From: an uncultured Mycoplasmatota bacterium | GTDB lineage: Bacteria > Bacillota_I > Bacilli_A > RF39 > UBA660 | Assembly (NCBI GenBank): GCA_946488855.1 | Contig: CAMLWC010000002.1 | Coordinates: 7,292 to 71,291 of the forward strand | DNA length: 64,000 nt | Direction of reading: 5' to 3' | Shown: one piece after another, positions 28,838 to 36,564 of the stretch | Layout: every line of letters starts with the position of its first letter | How positions within the stretch are numbered: the first letter of the stretch is position 1 | The notes under the pieces: model-generated | Told to the model about the DNA's origin: nothing | Databases searched by the model: none | Seen by the model: only the letters and a program-made list of their open reading frames with translations | Program-made: the position numbers and the translations under genes

Positions 28838-30448
28838 TTAATCATTCTCTTTAATTTCTTTAGCAACAATTTTTTCAACTTGCACAATAAACCAAATCTT
28901 TTCAATTGTTGTCTCACTTTTTTCTATTTTATTTACTCTTAATATTAATAATATCTTATTAAGTAAATTTTTAAGATTATCTTCATTTAAATCATCTTCA
29001 CTAATATTAATACTATTTAATCGATATTTATTACTAATTGTTTTAGCAATATTATTACTAGAAAAAATTGGTACACCAGTAATAATAATATTAGTTGGAT
29101 TCATTGCAAATAAATCAAAATTATCGCTATATTTAATAATTTCATCATAATCAGTTATATTATAAACTTTTTGAATAGTTAATTTTTTAAAATAATCAAA
29201 ACTATAATATAAATTCAAAACATCAGATATAGTTAATGTATCATTTAATATCATCATTACTTTATCCTTAAAATATTCAACATCATAAGTTTTATATAAC
29301 TCATATAATTCTTTTGCTTTTAAAACTGATTGTAATTTTAATTGTTTTAAAGCACTATCAGATCTAAACTCAAATAATCCTGGTTTACCACTAAAGATTT
29401 TCTTATTTAATTTTTCTAATTCATTTTCTTTAGTTTCTATTTGATCAATAATAGTTTTTAAACCTTTATATTCTTTTTTATCAGTTGTAAGTAATTTTTC
29501 ATATTCATCTTTAAAATATTTAAACATTGGATAAAATTCTAAATAATTTTGATATTCTAAAATATTTAGTTTTAATTTTTCTAAAGCAGGCGCTACTTTA
29601 TCAACATCAGTAACTTCTGGAATTAAAGTTTCAAACGCTGTTTTGCGTCCTTTACTATCACTTAAATATTGTTCGATATCTAATTCTTTAGTTTTAGCCA
29701 TAGCTATTATGTCACTAATAGTTTCTTTACTTGCCATATTTAAATCAATATAAGCATCTTGTAATTTTTCTAAACAATGAGCATAATCTCTAATTTTATT
29801 TTTCTCCATTACTTCTTTTTGTAATGTTAAAATATAATTATTAAATTTACGGCTATTTTTCTTAATTAACTTTCTAAAATTTAACTCTATATGTTGAATA
29901 AGTTCAGGATTTACCCAATAAATTTGTTCAAAAATTTCTGATACTTTATCATAACTACTTAATCTTCTATTTCTTACTTCTAAAAAAGCAGTCATATATT
30001 CATGAACATAACAAGTATAATTAAAATCATCACTTTCTAAATGAATACCTGCTTGTTCAAATTTATCTAATAAACCATTTATTATTTCATTTAAAGATTT
30101 AAAATTAAATGTATCATAATTATTAATTTGATATAGTAAATCATCAAAACACATTTTTTCGACATAAGTATTAGTTGGGTTTAAAAGAAATTTAACATTT
30201 TCTAAAGTTTCTAATTTTTCAGTTAATTTATCTAAATCAGTTGATTCCTTAACTTCAAAACTTTTAGCTTTAGCAATTAAATAATTTCTAGTGCTAGTTT
30301 TATATTCGTCATATCTTTCAATTATATTATCAATTGTTTCATTAAATTTCTTTTTATTTGTTTTAGTTTTAGTAGGCATAGTGGAAATTAATGTTTTTTT
30401 TGCTTCAATATCTTTATTTATAAATTCTAAAAAATTATTCATCTTCAT
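28838..30448 (-). CDS. Hypothetical cytoplasmic protein, 536 aa, helical/coiled-coil character
   Basis: No TM segment or signal peptide and no motif I recognise. Last gene of fibre operon A. A weak hairpin plus T-run overlaps its stop. Confidence 0.5.
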   Translation of the reverse strand: MKMNNFLEFINKDIEAKKTLISTMPTKTKTNKKKFNETIDNIIERYDEYKTSTRNYLIAKAKSFEVKESTDLDKLTEKLETLENVKFLLNPTNTYVEKMCFDDLLYQINNYDTFNFKSLNEIINGLLDKFEQAGIHLESDDFNYTCYVHEYMTAFLEVRNRRLSSYDKVSEIFEQIYWVNPELIQHIELNFRKLIKKNSRKFNNYILTLQKEVMEKNKIRDYAHCLEKLQDAYIDLNMASKETISDIIAMAKTKELDIEQYLSDSKGRKTAFETLIPEVTDVDKVAPALEKLKLNILEYQNYLEFYPMFKYFKDEYEKLLTTDKKEYKGLKTIIDQIETKENELEKLNKKIFSGKPGLFEFRSDSALKQLKLQSVLKAKELYELYKTYDVEYFKDKVMMILNDTLTISDVLNLYYSFDYFKKLTIQKVYNITDYDEIIKYSDNFDLFAMNPTNIIITGVPIFSSNNIAKTISNKYRLNSINISEDDLNEDNLKNLLNKILLILRVNKIEKSETTIEKIWFIVQVEKIVAKEIKEND

Positions 30449-30578
30449 TTTCCTCTTCTAACTCTATTTTACTTTCAACTAAAAATTGCGAAAAATCTGT
30501 AATATTTTGATAAACTTCAATCAATTCTTTTAAAGTTAGTGTCGATAAATCGAAATCTACTTTCTCTTCCCTTTTCAT
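30435..30578 (-). CDS. Small acidic 47-aa ORF (unannotated)
   Basis: AAAGGTGA RBS, ATG at 30578. Hand translation gives MKREEKVDFDLSTLTLKELIEVYQNITDFSQFLVESKIELEEENEDE. It overlaps the 536-aa ORF start by 14 nt. Confidence 0.4.
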   Translation of the reverse strand: MKREEKVDFDLSTLTLKELIEVYQNITDFSQFLVESKIELEEENEDE

Positions 30579-30595
30579 CTTATCACCTTTTTCCC

Positions 30596-31642
30596 CTATT
30601 CATATCCTTGTGTATCTTTTAAGAAATTTAATGAAATATATATTTCAGCGCCATCAGAATCTGTTTCTAGACTATCAATATCTTGTCCTTCAATCCAAAC
30701 ATATACTCTTGTTTTAGTTATACCATCTGGTACAGTAAATAAAGGTTGTTCGAAATCTTCATCAGTCATTGTTTCTTGTAATTCAAAATAATTTGGATCA
30801 AGATTTGGTGAACCAGATACTGTATTAGCTACAAATATAGGACCACCTGCTCTTGTAAATGCATATGTTGGAAACTCTTGTCCATCAATTAAATTAACGC
30901 CATATTTAGTAGCTCTTTCAATAGATAAATCAGAATGTGCTTTACTATTTGGTTCAAAAATAATAGAATAACAATTATTATTACATTCAATATTTTGAAC
31001 TTCATCTGCTGATGCATCTTTAGCAACAGATCCTAACTTAACAATACCAATACGAGCAGAATTTAATAAACCAATCATTTCTTCATCTGCATCTTTTTCC
31101 ATTGTGATTGAAGTACCATATTCAAAATATAAATTATCACTTACTGGAGAACCAGAATCATTTTTGAAAAACAAATCAAATGCTATATAATTATTGTACT
31201 CATTTCTGCCACCTTCATGCATTAAATTAGTTCTTATATAACCATTATTTTTATCCTTATTTGGATATCTAACCCCACTACTTGAAAACATATTAAATAT
31301 CGGACTATCATGATTAGTAATTCCATTTGAAGAAATAGGTACTAATCCACCACCTGCCCATTGACTTGTATTATTAGGATAAGTATATCTTAATCCTCTT
31401 ATAAGTTCATCAGCAGATATAATTAAATCAGTATCAAAATTAATCCCATCTAAAGAAATAGATAATCCAGTATTCTTTTTAACCGTCATAGTAAATGTTT
31501 TTACTCTAACATTTAAATTGGTTGAAAACCACGCATATGTTGAAAAAATAAGCAAAATACCTACTAATACCATAATAGTGATAGTAACTTTTTTATTTGT
31601 TTTTTCGATAATTCTTTGTCTAAAAGTATTTTGTTTTTTCAT
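30596..31642 (-). CDS. Secreted 'STYAWF' family protein (divergent, short member)
   Basis: Signal region ..LLIFSTYAWFSTNLNVRVKTFTMTV. Shared family blocks include LSISLDGINF, GLVPISSNG, YIAFDLFFKNDSG, ARIGIVKLG and the C-terminal ITKTRVYVWIEGQDIDS. Confidence 0.55.
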   Translation of the reverse strand: MKKQNTFRQRIIEKTNKKVTITIMVLVGILLIFSTYAWFSTNLNVRVKTFTMTVKKNTGLSISLDGINFDTDLIISADELIRGLRYTYPNNTSQWAGGGLVPISSNGITNHDSPIFNMFSSSGVRYPNKDKNNGYIRTNLMHEGGRNEYNNYIAFDLFFKNDSGSPVSDNLYFEYGTSITMEKDADEEMIGLLNSARIGIVKLGSVAKDASADEVQNIECNNNCYSIIFEPNSKAHSDLSIERATKYGVNLIDGQEFPTYAFTRAGGPIFVANTVSGSPNLDPNYFELQETMTDEDFEQPLFTVPDGITKTRVYVWIEGQDIDSLETDSDGAEIYISLNFLKDTQGYE

Positions 31643-31665
31643 TTTTCACCACCTAATTAATAAAG

Positions 31666-31692
31666 GAAGAGTAATTAACCAAATTACTCTTC
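31666..31692 (-). promoter_or_regulatory. Intercistronic hairpin between the 441-aa and 348-aa genes
   Basis: 11-bp perfect stem gaagagtaatt/aattactcttc with a 5-nt loop. Only a weak T-tract follows on the minus strand. Candidate partial terminator or mRNA-stabilising element. Confidence 0.45.
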
Positions 31693-31703
31693 TTTATTAT
31701 CAA

Positions 31704-33029
31704 TTATTCACCGTTTGTTGGAGTAATATCTGTACTTGGTCCATCATAACCTGGAATATCAGATTCATTATATCTTTCTTTAGTGAATCCAAAATTAACT
31801 GTAATTTTCTTTCCTAATGAAGCAAAGTCGTAATTATCGATATCTTGTCCTTCAATCCAAATGTAAACTCTAACTTTTGTAATACTATTTGGAGCTAAAG
31901 TCATAAATTGTGGACGATCTTTACCAGCAACATTTTTCATTGTATCAGTAAAGTACCCAATACCATCTGCTTTAGAATAAGTCATATCAACTAAATTATA
32001 TGTACTTCTTACTCCTTCTGTATAAGTTTTATAATCTACAGTATTTTTTGTATAAGTATTGTAAGCAGCACCATCATAAATATTAACATTATCAGCAATT
32101 TCAATATTATTACTGATTGCATATGTTGGATAAGCTGTTCCATCTTCTACAGCAGTACATTTTGAACCAGCAGTATATGAATCTGGATCATTAACATCGT
32201 CACCATCAGTAGATGCTTTTCTTAATAAACAAGATTTTTGATACCAATTAATAGCATTTTGTACGTGTTTAGTATCGTTTGGTTCCCAAATTTGAGCATC
32301 TCTACAAATTCCAGTTACTTGAACTTGGCCATCAGCAGCAGGTACATTAGCACAAGTTATTTTTGTGATATTATCAGCTGAAGTTGTATCTGCTTTAACA
32401 CGCCCGATTTGTGCGAAAGCAACTCTTACTGAATTTTCAATACCAGCTTTTTCTTTTCCACCATTTGCAGAAACTTTAACTTCTGAATTAGTAGTTAAAT
32501 AAATTGCTTCTTCATTTAATGGATTATTATCAGTATAATAAGCATTTCCTGATAAGTTTTTAATGAACAAGTCAAATGCTACATAACCATTTCCTTCTTC
32601 ATATTCAACACCACCAGCATTTAAAGTTGTATGATTATCAACTTGTTCAGATAATAATCTATAACCACCAGTAACAGCAGTTAAACTTCCTTTTTCATAT
32701 AATTTCATTCTTGATGAAGCTTTATCCATATCACCAACAGATGACATTGGAATTAATCCTTCGCCAGGTTGATCTAACCATTGGTTAGCATTTCCTTCAT
32801 AAGGATCAGCATTTCTTGCATCTAATGTATATTTCCAGTTTTCTCCATCCATAGATAAGAATAAACCTTCTGTTGTTGCTATATTAACACTAAATTCTGC
32901 AACATTAACAGTTTTCATACCAATAAACCATGCATAGGTTGAAACTGATAATAAAATTGCACACAAAGAACAAATAGCAACTAAATCTCTAATTCTTTTA
33001 CTTTTTTTACTATTATGTTTTTTTGCCAT
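31704..33029 (-). CDS. Secreted 'STYAWF' family protein, operon A copy (paralogue of 43873-45189)
   Basis: Signal region RIRDLVAICSLCAILLSVSTYAWFIGMKTVNV. Family blocks: GLIPMSSVGDMD, GGYRLLSEQV, GYVAFDLFIKNLSGNAYY, AGIENSVRVAFAQIGRV, IWEPNDTKHVQNAINWY, YPTYAIS and LAPNSITKVRVYIWIEGQDIDNYDFASLGKKITVNFGFTKE. Confidence 0.6.
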   Translation of the reverse strand: MAKKHNSKKSKRIRDLVAICSLCAILLSVSTYAWFIGMKTVNVAEFSVNIATTEGLFLSMDGENWKYTLDARNADPYEGNANQWLDQPGEGLIPMSSVGDMDKASSRMKLYEKGSLTAVTGGYRLLSEQVDNHTTLNAGGVEYEEGNGYVAFDLFIKNLSGNAYYTDNNPLNEEAIYLTTNSEVKVSANGGKEKAGIENSVRVAFAQIGRVKADTTSADNITKITCANVPAADGQVQVTGICRDAQIWEPNDTKHVQNAINWYQKSCLLRKASTDGDDVNDPDSYTAGSKCTAVEDGTAYPTYAISNNIEIADNVNIYDGAAYNTYTKNTVDYKTYTEGVRSTYNLVDMTYSKADGIGYFTDTMKNVAGKDRPQFMTLAPNSITKVRVYIWIEGQDIDNYDFASLGKKITVNFGFTKERYNESDIPGYDGPSTDITPTNGE

Positions 33030-33059
33030 AATTTCCTCCTATATTTAAATTTTAGTAAC

Positions 33060-33085
33060 CTAGAAGATTAATTAAAATCTTCTAG
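33060..33085 (-). promoter_or_regulatory. Intercistronic hairpin between the 414-aa and 441-aa genes
   Basis: 10-bp perfect stem ctagaagatt/aatcttctag with a 6-nt loop in the 64-nt gap. No strong T-run. Confidence 0.45.
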
Positions 33086-33093
33086 TTACCTTA

Positions 33094-34338
33094 TTATTCA
33101 CCTAATGTTGGTCTCTTATCAACATCACTTGGTAATGCTGGATCACCATCATAGTTGATATCTTCACCATATAATTGTTCTTTAGTAAATCCGAATGAAA
33201 GTGAGATTTGTCCTCCTAGTGAAGCAAAATCATAATTATCAACGTCTTGTCCTTCAATCCAAATATAAACTCTAATTTTTGTAATACTATTTGGAGCTAA
33301 ATAGAATAATTCTGGTCTTTCAGTTCCTTTTAAATTTTTCATTGTATCTGTGAAAGTAGATACTTTCATTAATTTGCCTTTAGTAGCAGTCATAGCAACT
33401 GAATTAGTATAACCATTGTATTCAGTACCATCATATACATCTACTTGATCAGTGTAATTAATTTCACCACTTACTGCATATGTTGGAACAAAAGTACCAT
33501 CAGTAACAGCACCACATGCACCACTAAATGAACTTGGATTAGTAATATCAGCCGCATTTCTCTTTAAGCATGATTTTGTATACCATTGAATTGCATTATT
33601 TACGTGTTTTGTATCATTTGGTTCCCAAATTGTAGCATCTCTATTTGTACAAATACTAGAAACGCCATTACCACCTGTACAATTAATTCCTTGAATTTTT
33701 GAAGTATTTTCTTCAGTTGCAACTACACGTCCGATTTGTGCGAAAGCAACTCTTACTGAATTTTCAATACCAGCTGTTTTTTGTCCAGCAGCACCAGTTT
33801 TAACAACTGATTGTGGAGTTAAATAAATTCCTTCTTCATTTTTTATATCAACTGTATCATAATAAGCATTTCCTGATAAGTTTTTAACAAATAAATCAAA
33901 TGCTACATATCCATCTTGTTCATCTGTATCATTTTCAACTTGGCTAGCCATTACACGATAACCACCAGGTGATGCAGTGAAGCTTCCTTTTTCAAATAAA
34001 ATTAAGTTTGAAGAATCAGTGTCGATTTTTCCAACTGTTGACATTGGAATTAATCCTTTACCACCCCAACTGTTTGTATTAGTCAAATATGTTCCTTTAA
34101 CACCAGGATCACTATAATTACTTTCGTTAATTGTTACTGTGTCACCAAAATTTTTACCATCTAATGAAAGTGATAAACCATCGATTGCAGCAATTTCTAC
34201 ATCGAATGCGGTAACATTAACAGTTTTCATACCAATAAACCATGCATAAGTTGAAACTGATAAAATAGTAGCACATAAACCAGCTCCAACAAGCAATCTT
34301 TTGACACGTTTTTCATGTCTTCTATTTCTTTTTTCCAT
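33094..34338 (-). CDS. Secreted 'STYAWF' family protein, operon A copy (paralogue of 45200-46594)
   Basis: Signal region RVKRLLVGAGLCATILSVSTYAWFIGMKTVNV and the same conserved blocks as 31704-33029 (e.g. AGIENSVRVAFAQIGRV, IWEPNDTKHVNNAIQWY, ITKIRVYIWIEGQDVDNYDFASLG). Confidence 0.6.
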   Translation of the reverse strand: MEKRNRRHEKRVKRLLVGAGLCATILSVSTYAWFIGMKTVNVTAFDVEIAAIDGLSLSLDGKNFGDTVTINESNYSDPGVKGTYLTNTNSWGGKGLIPMSTVGKIDTDSSNLILFEKGSFTASPGGYRVMASQVENDTDEQDGYVAFDLFVKNLSGNAYYDTVDIKNEEGIYLTPQSVVKTGAAGQKTAGIENSVRVAFAQIGRVVATEENTSKIQGINCTGGNGVSSICTNRDATIWEPNDTKHVNNAIQWYTKSCLKRNAADITNPSSFSGACGAVTDGTFVPTYAVSGEINYTDQVDVYDGTEYNGYTNSVAMTATKGKLMKVSTFTDTMKNLKGTERPELFYLAPNSITKIRVYIWIEGQDVDNYDFASLGGQISLSFGFTKEQLYGEDINYDGDPALPSDVDKRPTLGE

Positions 34339-34357
34339 ATGTACCTCTCTCTTTTCA

Positions 34358-35053
34358 TTAATTTTCTACGTACTCTGAATTGAAATCCATATAAACAGAG
34401 AATTCTCCACCTAAGATATCATCTGTACATTCAGGATCACTACCTTCAACCCAAATGACAATTGTGTATTTATCGATATCTCCAGGTTTAAAATTATCAA
34501 CTTTATTACGAGCAACTAATTTTTCTTCTTCAAACGGAATAGTATCTGGCTCATTTCTTCCATTAGAAGCTTTCTTAGCATATGTAACAGGTTGTCCGTT
34601 TCGATAGACTCTAATTCTTACAGCACTGTCAATTTTTTTGATAACATCTGTGATAAAAAGTTCACTCCAATAGCTTGTGATTTCATCTCCAACATTCTCA
34701 ACAAAAAATGTATAAGCAAGGTATTCAGAACCATTGTGAGAACCACCAGTAGAATCATCTAAATTATCAGGTAACCAATTACCAGATATATTAGTGAATG
34801 TTTTAGGCGAAGCAACTGATAATTCTGCTTGATACACTTTATAATTAGGATCATCGTAAATGATAATACCTCTACTAAAGTATAAGTTTTTATCCAGTGT
34901 TATACTAAAATTACCACTATTATAAATAATACCTATAACTAAATACAAAAGAATAAATAGGAAAAGAAATATTAATAAAGCTATTCTAAAGATCTTTTTA
35001 AGTTTTCTTTCATTTTTGATTTTCTTTGAACTAAGCTTAATCTTATCTTCCAT
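34358..35053 (-). CDS. Signal-anchored small fibre-locus protein (paralogue of 46608-47300)
   Basis: K-rich N-terminus, one TM helix, then IIYNSGNFSITLDKNLYF. C-terminal DIDKYTIVIWVEGSDPECTDDILGGEFSVYMDF shares the WxEGxD strand motif of the larger family. First gene of operon A. Confidence 0.5.
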   Translation of the reverse strand: MEDKIKLSSKKIKNERKLKKIFRIALLIFLFLFILLYLVIGIIYNSGNFSITLDKNLYFSRGIIIYDDPNYKVYQAELSVASPKTFTNISGNWLPDNLDDSTGGSHNGSEYLAYTFFVENVGDEITSYWSELFITDVIKKIDSAVRIRVYRNGQPVTYAKKASNGRNEPDTIPFEEEKLVARNKVDNFKPGDIDKYTIVIWVEGSDPECTDDILGGEFSVYMDFNSEYVEN

Positions 35054-35118
35054 AACTCTACCCCTTCATATTACCCTATAGACTAGGGTCACTATGATAT
35101 TCTTTACAATACAATATA

Positions 35119-35170
35119 ATTATAACATACATATTTTTTTTGTCAATATAATATGTCGATAATTGTCGAA
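35119..35170 (-). promoter_or_regulatory. Operon A promoter: TTGACA / TGn-TATAAT with two 0A-box-like heptamers upstream
   Basis: On the minus strand the -35 TTGACA is at 35141-35146, with a 16-nt spacer and TGT-TATAAT (-10 at 35119-35124). On the plus strand TGTCGAT is at 35154-35160 and a perfect TGTCGAA at 35164-35170, 10 bp apart. The whole block is duplicated at 47354-47405. Confidence 0.6.
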
Positions 35171-35210
35171 TTTAATTTTACTTTATTTTTCTTTAGTTTA
35201 CAATACTTTT

Positions 35211-35336
35211 TGTAAATCTTTTACATTATTTGAATACATTTATTAAATATTTTACATATATTGACATATACAAAATCATATTTTACATTTTTATGTTGAT
35301 TTTTTACATATATATATGTATAATAAAGATGTAAAA
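35211..35336 (+). promoter_or_regulatory. Cluster of TTTTACAT motifs plus sigma-A-like promoters upstream of the 203-aa gene
   Basis: TTTTACAT occurs at 35219-35226, 35250-35257, 35281-35288 and 35302-35309, with an inverted ATGTAAAA at 35329-35336. The dyad TGTAAA-N3-TTTACA is at 35211-35225. Candidate promoters are TTGACA-17-TACATT and TTGATT-17-TATAAT. Confidence 0.45.
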
Positions 35337-35355
35337 GAAGAAAGAAGGGTTTTAA

Positions 35356-35967
35356 ATGGCAATGAAATTTAAAATATTGTTAGTTATTAGTTCTTTGGCA
35401 TTGACATTAAGTTTAATGAGTAATACTTATTCAAGATATGTTGCTGATGTTGATAGCAATATTGATTTGTTATTTGCTAAGTGGCAAATTTTAGTTAATG
35501 AAAATGATATTACCAATAATACTACAACTTCTATCAATATTACTCCAGTAATGGAAGAAAATGTTAACGTTGCTGAAAATACAGTAGCCCCTTCTTCTAA
35601 AGGTTATTTTGATATTGATATTGATCCTTCTAACGCCGGTGTTTCATTTGATTATTCAATCAACTTAAATGTTGAAGATGAAAATATGCCTGATTTAATG
35701 ATCAGTAAATACGCAGTTTTAGATAAGGATTATAACGAAGGAGATCAAATAACTACAACCACTATTTTAAATAATACAATAGATGGAACTGTTGATTATA
35801 ATGCTACAGCACACGAACCATTTACAATAAGAGTATTCTTTGAATGGTATGAAGGTGTTGATGAAAAAATGGATGATGAAGCAGATACAAATATAGGTTA
35901 TGAAGCTGCATTAAATAATAAATCATTATTAGTGAATGCATCAATTAGTTTCAATCAAAAAATGTAG
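35356..35967 (+). CDS. Secreted TasA-like small protein (SipW-cognate-type signal)
   Basis: Signal ..LTLSLMSNTYSRYVADVD. IDLLFAKWQILVNEND and APSSKGYFDIDIDPSNAGVSFDYSINL parallel the 403-aa ORF at 22231-23442. C-terminal FTIRVFFEWYEGVDEKMDDE. Confidence 0.5.
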   Translation: MAMKFKILLVISSLALTLSLMSNTYSRYVADVDSNIDLLFAKWQILVNENDITNNTTTSINITPVMEENVNVAENTVAPSSKGYFDIDIDPSNAGVSFDYSINLNVEDENMPDLMISKYAVLDKDYNEGDQITTTTILNNTIDGTVDYNATAHEPFTIRVFFEWYEGVDEKMDDEADTNIGYEAALNNKSLLVNASISFNQKM

Positions 35968-35990
35968 AGATTATTAAATCTCTTTTTTTT
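35966..35990 (+). terminator. Rho-independent terminator of the 203-aa gene
   Basis: 7-bp stem agagatt/aatctct with a 4-nt loop, followed by a run of 7 T. Confidence 0.6.
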
Positions 35991-36000
35991 ATACATAAAA

Positions 36001-36022
36001 AAACACAATTTTTATTGTGTTT
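36001..36022 (-). terminator. Hairpin terminator after the 177-aa gene
   Basis: 9-bp stem aaacacaat/attgtgttt with a 4-nt loop. T-tracts lie on both sides, so it may act bidirectionally. Confidence 0.5.
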
Positions 36023-36555
36023 TATTCTTCTACATCTACTTCATCACCATATTTAATTTCAACTATTAATGCATATAATTCATAGATAAAGATTAAGAAA
36101 CAAGGTACTAATACGATAAATAAGAAGCCCCATTGTGATTCAATAATTCCTAAAACTGTTCCAATATCATTATATACTTTAGTAGGTCTACCAATTAAAT
36201 ATTTAATTGAATATGTTTCACCATTTTCTAATGTAAGATAATCATCCATAACTTCTCCAACTTTGCCAATATTTATATCAGCAGTTTTAGACATCTTATC
36301 AACTTTATAAACGAATACTTCTTCACCTTTTTGTAAATTTTCTGGTGCTGCTGCTTCAACTAAAACTAAATCACCTTTTTGATATTCTTCATGACTTACT
36401 TTATCTTTTAAAATTACTAATGAAGTTTCACCAAATACTGTTACACGATAATCATTAAAGTTTAATAAGAGAATTGTCATAAATAATGCAAAGGTAAAAT
36501 AAACAATTCCTAATGTTACTAATAATACTTTCTTAATTTTTTTTAAAACTTTCAT
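36022..36555 (-). CDS. SipW-like protein lacking the canonical catalytic motifs (pseudo-peptidase?)
   Basis: Same size and topology (N- and C-terminal TM helices) and the same GD..V / G..V..V strand pattern as SipW paralogues. However, SGSM(E/D)P is replaced by GETSLVIL, and no THRV/THEV His box is recognisable. Confidence 0.45.
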   Translation of the reverse strand: MKVLKKIKKVLLVTLGIVYFTFALFMTILLLNFNDYRVTVFGETSLVILKDKVSHEEYQKGDLVLVEAAAPENLQKGEEVFVYKVDKMSKTADINIGKVGEVMDDYLTLENGETYSIKYLIGRPTKVYNDIGTVLGIIESQWGFLFIVLVPCFLIFIYELYALIVEIKYGDEVDVEE

Positions 36556-36564
36556 ACTTCCTCC

